Shown here: positions 36,301 to 48,951 of the stretch, in pieces
Position numbering within the stretch: position 1 is the stretch's first letter
Layout of the letters: the number at the start of each line of letters is the position of its first letter
Source of the DNA: Okamejei kenojei
Lineage: Eukaryota
NCBI GenBank assembly: GCA_035221665.1
Contig: CM069132.1
Location: 94,860,001 to 94,924,000 of the forward strand
Length of the DNA: 64,000 bases
Direction: 5' to 3'
Notes under the pieces: generated by a model
Told to the model about the DNA's origin: nothing
Databases searched by the model: none
What the model saw: only the letters and a program-made list of their open reading frames with translations
Translations under genes and position numbers: made by a program

Positions 36301-38706
36301 TCAGGAACAACCGGGGTCTTGCGCTGAAAGATAAGCGACTCACTGCTAGGCCAATGTCGCTGTCCATTATGTGTAACCAGACACACTTTCGCAGGCTCTC
36401 AAACAATAACACACGAGAGCATGGGAGAGGTAGCGAAGGTGATAAGCATTGGTGGTCCAAGGGCAACATCCTATCCCCCTAACTCAGCAAAACAAAGATA
36501 GGTTGCCCTTGACATTCAGAATAGTGGAGAGGAGGATATGCCTCAGGTCTATGCACCATTGGTTGCAAAAATGAGTTCTGAGTAAGCTTTATGGTGTCGC
36601 TAGGGAGTCTCGGGCAACAATTAGGCATGGTTTAAACAACATGAGTAAGAATAGTCTGGTAAAAGCATAGTCCCATAATTGGAACTTACCGTTTATTACA
36701 GTTGCTACATTTGACATGCTATAGCAAGCACTGGTCTAGGATTTGTGTTATCTTACAGTCTGATAACACACTGTCGGGAGTATACTTTGACAACAGATAC
36801 CCAATCTCACACACATAAACACTCCGCCTCTCACCATTAATTCCTTCTGTACTTCCACAGCCCTCGTAAGCAGCCTTATATAATCAAGGGCCTATCTCAC
36901 ATTCCATCCATTCTCTCTTCTCTCCCACCTGCTCACAGTCAGGATTGACGATTAGAGTATGAAGTGTTCTAATTGTCCATACAAATAAATCCTACTTGAA
37001 CAGGCATATCTGTAAACACAATAACACAGCTAATAATAAAATAACATAACAACCACCAAATTAATTAAATAAAAAACACCCAATATTAAATGCAAGGATA
37101 CAAAACTAACTATTGGATGCGGTATGGTGGGAAAGAGGCCCATTCTTTGAATCTGGTGGCCACGTTTTCCAGACATCTCCATATTCTTCTTCTTCCCGAT
37201 GTGGGATGTGAGCATTGCTGACACTGGCTGACTTTTTGATGCACTGCTGCCGGATAGATCACAATCAACTGTGATCGGAGTCCGGGATGACTGGGCGGGC
37301 AGAGATGTCCCTGCTGCCTCTCCCTGTAATCTGCTATTTCCGAGGGCATTGAGTTTGCTGAACTCAGATCTGTGATGCCAAAGCCAGATAAGACACAAAG
37401 TGTGGATGTAAACCTCACGATCTTGAGAAAAATAGATGGTGATTTTTTGGGTGGGTCATCAGATTCAAGACAGCAGTCAGCATGCCTGTCCGCCACCAAT
37501 CAAACGTCTGTAACAGTGACAAGAGAGGTAACAATGCATGGACGAATCATTCTCATTCTGGAAAGGAAGTAGAGGGTTTGATGGGCTGTCTCCTAGAGGA
37601 ACATTGAAAGCTTGAGGGCACCTACTGCTCCGATGCAAGAAGAGCTTCTTTTCTGCCATATTCAGATGGCTCAACAGACTTTTCAGATGCTAATAATGTT
37701 CTCCTGAACATCCAATCTACCTTGCCAATCCATCCCTTATCATTTTTGATCATGAAAAAGCAGCTGTTACACTGCATTCTGCATTCTGTTACTTCTTCTC
37801 TTTTGCCTGGCCTTGATGTGCTTACAAATGGTATGATTTGCCTTGAGTTTTTCACTGTATTTTCCTATGTGACACTTATATACGAATGCATGTGACAATG
37901 ATAGCAAAGTTTAAATTACTCTGAGAATAGTTATGCAATTTTATTTTTAAAATATATATTTATTGGCAGCCAGCATTTTAGGCATAAGAACATTATTTTT
38001 AAAAAAAAGTTATTCAGTGAGTTCTCCAATTTCAGTTTGTCTTTTTCTCCCTAGCCATCCTGACCATCACTCCATCCCAATGCTGGGGGTGACTTTTTCT
38101 GTAGTTTCCTGCAGGGATACTGTCATTATCACGTTGTTTGATCTTCAGGGAATCATAGGTAGCTGCTACAGAAAGGGAATATCTGCTTCTCACTAATTCA
38201 GCTGCTTGTCACATCCTCATCTTACACACCGGCATCCTCAGCTATGAAGCTCAAAACTGAATGTGAACCAGTACAAATATTAGTTAGTTAGTTCATTTAG
38301 TTTGTTGGCACATGTACCACGGTAAAGTGAAAAGCTTTTGTTGCGTGCTAACCAGTCAGTGGAAAGGCTATACATGATTACAATCAAGCCATCCATAGTG
38401 TACAGGTTCATGATAAAGAAAATAACATTTAGTGCAAGATAAAGTCCAGTAAAATCCAATTAAAGATAGTCTGAGGGTCTCCAATGAGGCAAATGGCAGG
38501 CCAGGACTGCTCTCTAGTTGGTGATTGAATGGTTCAGTTGCCTAATAACAACTGTGAGATTTTCCAGAATATTGACTCCTATTTCCACTAGTTATAATCA
38601 ATTTTTACATCTTGATGTTCATTTGGCAATCATTTTGGATCTAAATATATATTGGGAAAGTGGGCATTCAATTCAGCCACAACTTTTCTAAACTGGCCAT
38701 GTACAA

Positions 38707-38932
38707 TGAAGTGGGCGCATGTGCGCATGTGCGGGGCTCTTCTAGACTGTGCACATGTGCAGGACGTTCCTGGAGTGTGCGCATGTGCAGAGTATTTTGG
38801 GCGGGAAAGGCCTGCGGAATCAGCCATGTTTGCCTGACATTTCTGAGTAATGTATTAAAGAAATAAGTTGCTTAAAGCTAAAATAAAGTTAAGTAATTTA
38901 CAAGTAGTGAAAGTTTCATTTACCTCACAACA
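38707..38932 (+). repeat. 5' LTR
   Basis: Direct repeat of 45220-45437; AATAAA at 38882-38887. Confidence 0.95.
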
Positions 38933-39498
38933 ATTTAAGCAACTTATCTTACAAGTCAAACAGTCCGACTTGGGATGGAGAAACTATTGAAATCCCAACG
39001 CTTGGATCTGGATCCCAACTCACCTGCTGCTGCAAAGAATTGGAAGCACTGGCTTTGCATGCTAAATAACTTCTTTGAGGAGTGTGGCAACGATGCACCA
39101 GACAGGATTAAGACATTAATACGCTTTGTCTATTCTGATGTATATGAGTACATAGAGGAATGTACAACTTATGATTCTGCTATTGATGTATTAAGCAGAC
39201 TCTTCGTTAAGACACCCAATGTGATATTCGCTCGACACCTCCTTGCTACTCGGAAACAAAGACCTGGTGAGTTACTTGATGAATTTTTACAAGAACTTCA
39301 AAGACCTAGTAAAGACTGTGCCTTCAAAGCAGTTACGGCTGATCAATATCGACAGGAAGTTATTTGAGACTCTTTTATCAATGGTTTGGCATCGCCTTTA
39401 ATACGACAGAGACTATTAGAACACAAAACCTTGGATTTACAGTCAGCTTACAATCAAGCTTACTCTTTAGACTTGGCTCAGAAAAATTCAGATGCTTA

Positions 39499-41952
39499 AG
39501 GCTCTGTCTCACCAGCATGCAACTGCATGCGACTAGCCCGACAAAATCGGAAGCGGGGGTCGTGTGGAGGTCGTGCGATCCCCGAGTGAGTTGACGAGAA
39601 GTTCGTGCGAAGTCCGAGGGAAGGTTGCGCGTGACGTAATTTTTCCTCATATAAACGGGGCTGCAGGCTGCTTGCTATTCCATGATCATCATGGAAAAGG
39701 CACAGAAACAGATACAGATTGCATTGCTGCAACAGCAAGAGAGGCTTCTGTTAGCAGCAGCCCTCATGCTGGCAGGTCAGCTGGGCAGGAGTTCGACAAG
39801 GAGTTCAACAAGGAAGGCTATGAAGAAACCCAGGAAGAGGTCTGCGGGGTGAGGTCTTTGTTCCGGATGAGACCCACTTTGGGCCAGTATGAGAACATGG
39901 TGACCGATCTGCAGCAGAAAGATGAGGCTGCCTTTAGAAATTTCACCAGGTTACCCCCTGACCTGTTTCAGGAGCTAGAGACACGAGTTGGACCTCTTCT
40001 GCAGAAAAGAGACACCGTCATGCGGAAGTCACTGGAACCAGGCCTGCGCCTAGCCATCACCCTCCGCTACCTTGCGTCAGGGGATTCCTACAAGAGCCTC
40101 TCGTACAACTTCCGTGTGGCTCACAACACCATCAGCAAGGTCGTCCGAGAGACCTGTGATGCCATCAACAATGCATATGAAGAAATGATTGACTGCCCTA
40201 GTACACCTGATGAGTGGAGGAGAGTGGCGCATGGCTTTCAAACCAGATGGAACTTCCGCACACATGTGGGGGCAGTTGACGGGAAGCATATGGCCATCCG
40301 GTGTCCACCCAGGGGAGGTTCTACGTACTTTAACTACAAGAAGTTCCATTCCATCGTGCTGTTAGCCTGTGGTCGATGCAAAAACTACAACTTGCTGTTT
40401 GTGAATGTGGCACACCTGGCAGTGCCGCAGATGGAGGGATCTGGATAGAGACCTCCCTTGGGCAAGCACTGGAAGAAGGGAGAGCAGGCCTTCCCTGATC
40501 CAGTACCTCTACCGGGAGAAGACAATCCTGACATCCCCTACGCATTGGTTGGTGATGATGCTTCGCACTCAGGCCATGGATGATGAAGCCATACCCTCAC
40601 AGGCAGATGTCTAGGGAGCAAAGGATCTTTAATTACAGGCTGTCCAGGTCTAGGAGGGTCGTGGAAAATGCTTTTGGTATCCTTGCTAGCAGATTCAGAT
40701 TCCTGCTGACTACAATGGAGCAGGAGCCCAAGACTGTGCAGACCATTGTCTACGCGGTATGCGTCCTCCACAACCTGATCCGCACCAGAGGTGCAGCAGC
40801 AGCCATGGTGGAGGGTGACACAATGGACAAACAGACAGGCGAAGTCACACCAGGTTCTTGGAGAGATGCAAGACAGGCTGCACCGATGGTGGCACTAGGT
40901 GCATTGCAAGGAAACACCAGCAACAAAAAGAGCAAAGGAGCAGAGGGACCATCTCTCGTGCTTACTACAACTCCGAGCGAGGCAGTGTACCCTGGCAGAA
41001 CACTATGTGGTGAGGATCAAAAGCAAACATCCCACACCACAGAGGACCACCACTGCAGGAACTGATCTAATAAAAGGAGGATCTATGTACGTTAATGGAA
41101 GGTTTTTGTATGTGAAATTGAGTAATGAGTTAATACTGTGATAAATAAAAAAATAATATCTCACACATCGCACATTGTACTTTCTTTGAAATGTCATAAT
41201 TTAAAAGCGATAAATGCATTCGTCTGCTTTACATGACGTCTCATGACACTCTTTGCAATTCAATGCAATTCAATGCCGGTGTGTGTTTCATTTATCTAAT
41301 AAAGCGTGGATTTATATGTGAGATGCATTCCATTATTAGACGTGGTTTCCATATGAGAGATCAACTCCATGATTAACAACTGCTTTTCCCACTACACGAA
41401 AAGGTTACACTGAAAGTTTAATAATCAAGTTGTGTGTGAGGTTATCCTCCGATAAAGACAAAGACCCTTGACTTTATAAGAATCAATTCCTTTATTTAGT
41501 GCAAACAAACATGATCCTGGGGTTCCTTGTTCTCCTCATGTTCTCTGGAGTTCGATGCAGCTGGGAAGAACTCCGTTACAAGAAACGCGGTAAGTGGTGG
41601 TTCTTTTCAAAACGCGCGCGTTTTTTTGTGTCGCGGTAAAGGCGGGCCGACTAATAATGCGCAACGCATGGCGTCGGGCAGTGACGTCATCGCGCAACGC
41701 CATGCGGACGACGCACGATGTCAAGACGTTACTCGCGTCCTCGATGCGGCTGCGGCCGACAGGATTTTGCCGCGTGGGATTTTTGAACAGTGTCGGTTTT
41801 TCGGAGCTCCGCTCGATGTCGGCACCAGCTCTGCACAACTCCACGCGGCTCCGGCGATCAAAGTGGGACCGGCCCCGCGACGCCGGACGGCTCAAGTGAC
41901 CACGTTAGGTCGCGCTCATCGCATGGAGTTGCATACTGCTGGGACAGGCCCG
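39499..41952 (+). mobile_element. PIF/Harbinger DNA transposon (transposase only)
   Basis: 33-bp terminal inverted repeats (27/33 match; GGCTCTGTCTCACCAGCATGCAAC... vs ...GTTGCATACTGCTGGGACAGGCCC). TTA TSD at 39496-39498 and 41953-41955. Confidence 0.93.
39691..41010 (+). pseudogene. Harbinger DDE transposase (frameshifted)
   Basis: FRNFTRL, RLAITLRYLASG, GAVDGKH, YFNYKKFHSIVLLA and FNYRLSRSRRVVENAFGILASRF. Confidence 0.9.
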
Positions 41953-42637
41953 TTATGGCGCATCTAATGTGTATTCTGCTGCAACTACTACAAACGAATT
42001 TCACCCAAGTACAAATATGGAGAAAACTGAAACAATTTCTACTGATAAAGGTGCCCTTGCTGCTGCATATAATTATTCAAAAAAGAACTGTTACTTTTGT
42101 GGGGGTAATATTCATAAGAGAGTGATATGCCCTGCTCGAGAGGCAACTTGTAATAGTTGTGGCAAGAAGGGACATTATTCTAGAGCATGCAAGTCCAAAG
42201 CAACTACTATAAGTGTGACTGCTGCCATGTATACGTCTTCTTTATGTGCAATTAAAGCTGCATTTCCTCAGAGCTTGTCTCGTGCAGCTACAATGGTATC
42301 CATTAATGGCCATACACTTAATGTATTACTTGATTCTGGCAGTTCATAAAGTTTTATAAGTGAACAAGTTGTGTCTCGACTAAATCTAACCATAATTCCT
42401 TCAAATAAGAAAATCTCGATGGCTCTGACAATTCTCAACACTCAAATTATAGGATCCTATATTGTAGACTTTATTCTGAACAAAACTAGCTATAAATCTG
42501 TATGTCTAGGTATTTTGAAAAATTTGTGTAGCGATATAATTCTAGGTCAGGATTTCCAGAAACAGCACAGATCACTTCAAATAATGTATGAAGGATCTAT
42601 ACCTGATCTTGTATTGTCAAAGCCACCACTATTGTGT

Positions 42638-42769
42638 GAAGTCTGAAGAAGGGTCTCGACCCGAAACGTCGCCTATCTCCTTCGCTCCTTAGATGCTGCT
42701 GCACCCGCTGAGTTTCTCCAGCTTTTTGTGTACCCTCGATTCTCCAGCATCTGCAGTTCCTTCTTTAAA
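42638..42769 (+). mobile_element. 132-bp Penelope-derived unit with hammerhead-like motif, inserted in Gypsy pol
   Basis: 10-bp TSD ACTATTGTGT (42628-42637, 42770-42779). Removal restores KPPLLCSVSAAS in frame. Confidence 0.85.
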
Positions 42770-42779
42770 ACTATTGTGT

Positions 42780-45000
42780 AGTGTTTCTGCTGCATCTGTT
42801 GAATGTCCTTCATTATTCACTAATTTATCCTCCAAGTGCAAGCCAATTGCTACAAAATTAAGACACTTTAGTAAAGATGATAGGAACTTTATCAACACAG
42901 AAGTAACTAATCTTTTACAAGAAGGTATCATAGAACCCAGTTCTTCCCCTTGGAGGGCACAAGTCGTCGTGGTTAAGGACCCCTTGGAGAGACATAGAAA
43001 ATACTCTGCATTGATTACTCTCAAACTATAAACCAGTTCACGGACCTTGATGTATACCCACTACCTCGAATAGAAGAGATTATCAATACGTTAGCTAAGT
43101 ATAAGATATTCTCTACTTTTGACTTAAAAAGTGCTTACTACCAAATTCCTTTGAAGGAATCAGAGAAGGAATACACTGCGTTTGAAGCAAATGGGAAATT
43201 ATATCACTACTCCAGGGTTCCTTTTGGTGTAACTAATGGTGTGGCTGTTTTTCAGAGAGAGATGGACAAACTTGTTGAACAGGAAAACCTTAAAGATACT
43301 TTCCCTTATCTTGATAATATAACTATTGCAGAAAAAGACCAAGCTGAACATGATGAAAATGTACAACGGTTTTGGATGTTGTACATTCTAAAAATCTAAC
43401 ATTAAATGAGGCTAAGTCAATAACATCAGTGTCATCAATTAATATTCTTGGTTATTGGGTTGGAAATGATGTAATCAAGCCTGATCCAGAAAGACTCCGC
43501 CCACTCCAAGAGATACCTGTTCCAGTTACATTAAACTCTCTACGAAGGGTCCTTGGGGTGTTTGCATATTATGCAAAATGGATACCAAATTTTTCTGACA
43601 AAATTCAGCCTTTGATTAGAGCAAAATCTTTCCCCCTTGACTCTACAGCAATTGGTGCTTTTACTTCTTTAAGGAAACAATTGGAATCTGCGACATTACA
43701 CGCCATCGACGAGGATCTCCCCTTTGTTGTTGAATGTGATGCCTCTGATTTAGCAGTATCAGCAACATTAAATCAAGGAGGACGACCAGTGGCTTTCATG
43801 TCTCGTACTCTCCAAGGTAGTGAATTGCACTACCCACCCGTCGAAAAGGAAGCTACAGCAATTATTGAAGCAGTGAGGAAATTGAGTCATTTCCTTGCTC
43901 ACCAGCACTTCACTTTGATAACAGATCAGCGTTCAGTAGCTTTTATGCTGGAAAATCGGAAACGAACGAAGATTAAGAACAGTAAAGTTCATGAATGGAG
44001 GATTGAATTATCTGCATATAGTTATTCAATTGAGTACCGCCCTGGTAAGGATAATGTTGCTCTGGATACATTAACCCGAGCATTTTGTGCCTCTGTTCAT
44101 TCTTCTGCACTCACTGATCTTCACAATGGGCTGTGTCATCCTGGAGTCACTCGTTTGTTACACTATGTTCGTTCCAAAAACTTACCTTTCTCTACAGAAG
44201 ATGTGAAGATGACGTGTGCTTCATGTAGAATCTGTGCTGAATTAAAACCAAGGTTCTTCCATCCTGAAGAAGGAAGATTGATCAAAGCTACTCAACCTAT
44301 GGAACGTTTGAGTATTGACTTCAAAGGGCCTTTACCATCCTCCTCTCGAAATGTTTATATACTCACCTTAGTTGACGAATATTCGAGGTTCCCATTTGCT
44401 TTTCCTTGTCCAAATATGTCAGCTGCTATGGTTATCAAATGTTTAGATCAACTATTTTCATTCTGTGGATTTCCAAGTTACATACATTCTGATAGGGGCA
44501 CCTCATTCATGTCAAAAGTTTTAAAGGACTACCTTTCTAAGAGCAACAAGTAAAACAACACCATATCATCCTTTTGGAAATGGTCAGGTTGAGAGGTATA
44601 ACGGAATCATTTGGAAAGCAGTGAAACTGGCTTTAAAGTCAAATGACATACCAGATCAGCATCGGGAATGTGTTCTACCAGATGCATTACACTCCATCAG
44701 ATCTTACTGTCAACTGCTTTCAATACTACTCCACATGAGCGGTTCTTTAACTTCAAACGGCGTTCTTCTAGTGGTACTTCTCTGCCATCATGGTTGACTA
44801 GCCCTGGGCCTGTGTTGCCTCTTCGTTATGTCCGATTAAATAAGAACGAGCCTTTTGTTGATGAAGTTGAACTGACTGATGTCAACCCTTCTTATGCAAC
44901 TATAAAGTATCAGGATGGATGCCAGTCAACTGTCTCACTTCGTGACCTTGCACCATGTCAGTCTTCTCCATCAGCTCCGTCACTTCTTGATCACACTAAT
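42780..45000 (+). pseudogene. Gypsy pol: RT, RNase H and integrase (frameshifts and stops)
   Basis: PSSSPWRAQ, DLKSAYYQ, PFGVTN, YLDN; ECDASD, EKEATA, TDQRS; HNGLCHPG...CRIC, IDFKGP, SDRG. Confidence 0.95.
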
Positions 45001-45219
45001 CGAGAACTTCCTCCAACACTTCCAGCATCCCCTATGGAAACTTCTATAAGAAATTCTAAAATTGTAAATTTAAATAACAATATGTGAAGTTGATGACCAA
45101 GCAATATATCTACCACCAGCTATTGAAACGCCATTGCCTCCTGAAGCTCCAGTTCTGCGATGGTCATCAAGATGTATTAAACCTCCTGACCGTCTCAACT
45201 TATAAATAGGAGTGGAGAA

Positions 45220-45437
45220 TGAAGTGGGCGCATGTGCGGCGCTCTTCTAGAGTGTGCGCATGCGCAGGACATTCCTGGAGCATGCGCATGTGCAAAGTAT
45301 TTCGGGCGGAAAAGGCCTGCGGAATCAGCAATGTTTGCCAGACGCTTCTGAGTAATGTATTAAAGAAATAAGTTGCTTAAAGCTTAAATAAAGTTAAGTA
45401 AATTACAAGTAGTGAAAGTTTCATTTACCTCACAACA
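45220..45437 (+). repeat. 3' LTR
   Basis: Direct repeat of 38707-38932, preceded by the polypurine tract. Confidence 0.95.
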
Positions 45438-46495
45438 TACATAAATATCAACTCTTGGTGTAAGAGGAGAAAATAGAAAATATATAATTATTGATCAAGG
45501 ATTTCTTTTGTTAGCATCAGAAGGATTGTCCCAAGTTGGTGAGCTTGGTACATCAAATACTCCTCAGCATTCATATCCTAACCATTGTGTGAAGTAGCTC
45601 CTTGACCTTGAGTTAAATCAGCTTTGTGAGTATTTCCAAGTCTTAATCGGTAACAGAAATATTAATGCCACAACATAATTGATATTCCCTGATTTGCCAT
45701 GCATCCAGCCTCATTCACTGAATTACATTTTGCACAGTCCAGTGGTAATAACTAAATCCTCCTGCCTGTTCTCCTTGTTCCTTTCTCAGACTAACAAATC
45801 GTTTTGCAGTGTGGGAACATTTGGAAAGTCAACTCTGCAGATGTTTCTTTTACTCATCTTGCTGGTTATCTTTCACGTGAATCAATGCAACAGATGGACT
45901 TTCTGTCAACACTTCAGCTCAGTTTAATGAAATAAGTTGTCTCAGCTGAATATCGTTCTGATACATGTGTGGGTGAATTGCTGCAAATTTACCCATTCTT
46001 AATTTAATATGTTCAGTTCTATTACATTGAGACTGCGGTCACAATTTTTAAAAAAAAATTCAAATTACTTTTTCATTGACAGAACCTCTGACAGGAAGCT
46101 TAGACAATAACTTCTCCCTGACAAGCGGTTCTAATGCAGTAGCTATAACTAAAATATATTAATTGTTCAGGATTATTCCAAGGAGATATCACAATTACAA
46201 AATTGAGGAGATCCATATGATCGAGGACAAGGGTTATGACATATCTTTTGTGTCAACTGTTCTAAATTGGGAACAAATTCCAAAACATTGGTTCAATTCA
46301 CTATCAATTACAGTCAAAATTTCAACTTTATTTCTCTCATTCTCTGAGTAAGTTTGTATTGTTTAAGCTTTTACTAGATTTTCTCACTTGGTGAATTTGC
46401 CTATATTTGTGCATGTTGTTCTGAACTTTAAGCATGGATTTTCTGTTCTCCCTGTGTCTATGTGTGTGTTCATACAATGATTGTTTTTGGATAAT

Positions 46496-46806
46496 GGTGG
46501 CACAGTGGCGCAGAGGTAGAGCTGCTTCCTTACAGTGCCAGAGACCAGAGTTCAATCCTGACTACGGGTGCTATCTGTATGGAGTTTGTACGTTCTCCCT
46601 GTGACCGCGTGGGGTTATTTCTGGGTGCTTTCCAGTTTCTTCTCACTTTCCCAAGATGTACAAATTTGGCTTAAATTGGCTTCGGAAAAATTGTAAATTG
46701 TCCCTAATGTGTAGGATAGTGCTAGTGTAAGGAGATCACTGGTCGGCGAGGACTCGGTGGGACGAAGGGCCTGTTTGCATGCTGCATCTCTAAAGTCCAA
46801 GTCTAA
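46496..46806 (+). mobile_element. V-SINE
   Basis: tRNA head GTGGCGCAGAGGTAGAG, V-domain and tail TCTCTAAAGTC. Confidence 0.88.
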
Positions 46807-47793
46807 AGAAAGTGACATGTTCTCAGATGAAGGTCCAAACCTGAAACATCATCTGTGCATTTCCTCCACAGATTCTTGCTTGACTCATTGAATTCCTCAA
46901 TCATTTTATGATTTGCTTAAGATTCCAACATTTTTAGTTGCTTGCCTGTTTGCCTATTTACCTGATGTGCCTGTTTGTCAAAGATGGAAATATGTCACAG
47001 GCATTCGGTCAGTCTTAAAGTCTAAACTTGTAAACAGTTGGGAACTGTGTAACAAATAAATAATTGCAACCTTGGATATATCTTCTGTGACAAATTACAA
47101 ATTGGTGACATAAATGATTGCTTTTCTTGAGGATTATTGTAAGACCTTCATGAATTGAACGGCATTTTTAAGTGAACCTGAAATGCACTTAAACAGATCT
47201 TTTCTGAAAACACTCACATGAAATCTTGCTGTCCAAGGCCTCCGTATGTACAGTGGCATGGAACAGCTGCATTCATTGAATTATCAGAAACATCAGTTTA
47301 ACTAGATCACTATTGAATGGTTGAATGGAAGTAGGAAACATGATTGTTTTGAATGACCACAGTTGGAGCATAAGTAACAAATACATTAAATATTTCCAAA
47401 GATAAATTATTTCAATTGGCATTCAGCTCATTTTCAAATGGATATGCATTTTAAAATGAACAGTATCCTGGAGGTTGAAGGACAAGTTAATATTATGAAA
47501 ATAGAAAATTATGTGATGTGTGCAAAAATTGTTCTGATTGAAATCAGGCCGGATCCATATGGCATGTTGACTTGCAAATCTACTTGCACCACACAAGATA
47601 AATTATATCTTTGTTTAAAGATATTGTGCAGAAACTAGATCACTTTGATCTCTATCCATTAAAGATAGTTAAAAATTATAACATTGCAATAAGGAGCCAG
47701 CAGCAGGATTTGGCTTTTGTAGAGTGCATCATTTAATTGAAGAACTGATCACTGAATTGCATTTCTGGTGCCTTTTTGGATCATGATTTACAC

Positions 47794-48676
47794 TAGGAGT
47801 TGGCAACCTTGTTCTGCATAGGGGCCAGGACCCATGTCTGTGAGTGGATGGCAGGCCACATCTATCACCATAGTTAATAAATGGAGGTAGTATTACTTAC
47901 TTTGACTTATATTTATATATTTAAGCAATATTATGAACACAGCAGTTATTTTCAGACACTGGTATTGAAACTACCCTCACCCCTTGGTCCTAAGCTTCAT
48001 GCAGACCCTTTGTTACCCTCTCTTCCACCTCCCCCATTCTCTCTCCCTCCCCCCTCCTCCCCTCCTCCTCCTCTCTCTTCTCCCCCCTCCTCTCCCCTCT
48101 CTCTCCCCTTCCTCCCCCCCTCTCTATCCTCTTCTCTCCCTCCCTCCTCTCTCCTTCCCTTTCCCCATTCCCTCTCCACCACTCCCTCTCCCCTCTCTCC
48201 ATTTCCCCCATCCCCTCCCTCCCCACCTCCCTCTCCAAGGTCCAGTCCCGTCCATTTGCCGCTGGATTCCTGTCCGCCGCGTCCACACGAACCAACGGAC
48301 AGCAGTGCCGCCATCTTTGAGGAGGGCGACCCTGACCCTGACCCTCCCCCAGGTAAAGCGCAAGGACAGATGGTTCCGGGACGCACTGAGCACCAGGCAC
48401 CGCAGCCACTGCAACTGCACTTTTGCATCAGTGGAACCGCGCCCACCAATCCAACTAACCTTTTGCTCAGTTTGTGCGATTATATCAGTTCCGATTTTTT
48501 TTGTATCAGATAACAGAATTGCTAGGAGCATTAAAGCAAGGCTTTATGTCGCTGGCCAACAATATTAAACAGTCTAAAGAAGTCTAAATGATGGGAAAAA
48601 AGCCACGCCTGCGGGCCGGATGATTTTGTGTTTCGGGCCGGATCTGGCCCCTGGGCTGTAGGTTGCTGACCCCCTG
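47794..48676. mobile_element. hAT (Charlie-like) non-autonomous DNA transposon
   Basis: Ends TAGGAGTTGGCAACCT and AGGTTGCTGACCCCCTG with subterminal GGGCCG motifs. 8-bp TSD ATTTACAC/ATGTACAC. Confidence 0.8.
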
Positions 48677-48745
48677 ATGTACACAGTAGGCCTGTGTGTA
48701 ACCTGGAAAAATAATAAATTTAGTCAAACCTGTAGAGCAGTCCAA

Positions 48746-48940
48746 ATAAGGAAGTGCAGATGCTGGTATATACCAAAGAGAGACACAAAGTGCTGGAATA
48801 ACTCAGTGGGTCAGGCAGCATCTCTGGAGAAAATGGAGAGGGGCCATTTCTGGTTTGGAACTGACTCAAAGCATCACTTATCCACGTTCTCCAGAGATAC
48901 TGCCTGACACATTGAGTTACTCTAGCATTTAGTGTCCTCT
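48746..48940. mobile_element. Penelope-derived fold-back repeat
   Basis: GACACAAAGTGCTGGAATAACTCAG...TCTCTGGAGAA is inverted with TTCTCCAGAGA...TGAGTTACTCTAGCATTTAGTGTC. Confidence 0.65.
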
Positions 48941-48951
48941 CAGGTCTAACC

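Larger units (their letters stand above)
38975..42349 (+). pseudogene. Gypsy gag and start of protease (split by Harbinger)
   Basis: MEKLLKSQRLDLDP...WKHW and FARHLLATRKQRPGE. Removing the insertion restores KNSDAYGASN. Knuckles CYFCGGNIHKRVIC and CNSCGKKGHYSRAC; protease motif LLDSGSS. Confidence 0.9.
38707..45437 (+). mobile_element. Full-length Gypsy LTR retrotransposon (inactivated)
   Basis: TG...CA LTRs at 38707-38932 and 45220-45437, with about 16 substitutions and one 8-bp indel by eye. Flanks TACAA/TACAT, polypurine tract 45204-45219, and domain order gag-PR-RT-RH-IN. Confidence 0.95.

Noticed and set aside
39564-41065. Possible domesticated HARBI1-like host gene
   Set aside because: It is frameshifted, bounded by terminal inverted repeats and a TTA TSD, and inserted within a retrotransposon gag.
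47881-48568. Long Pro/Ser-rich and Gly/Glu/Arg-rich ORFs on both strands
   Set aside because: They come from a polypyrimidine tract inside a TSD-bounded hAT-like element; low complexity explains the lack of stops.
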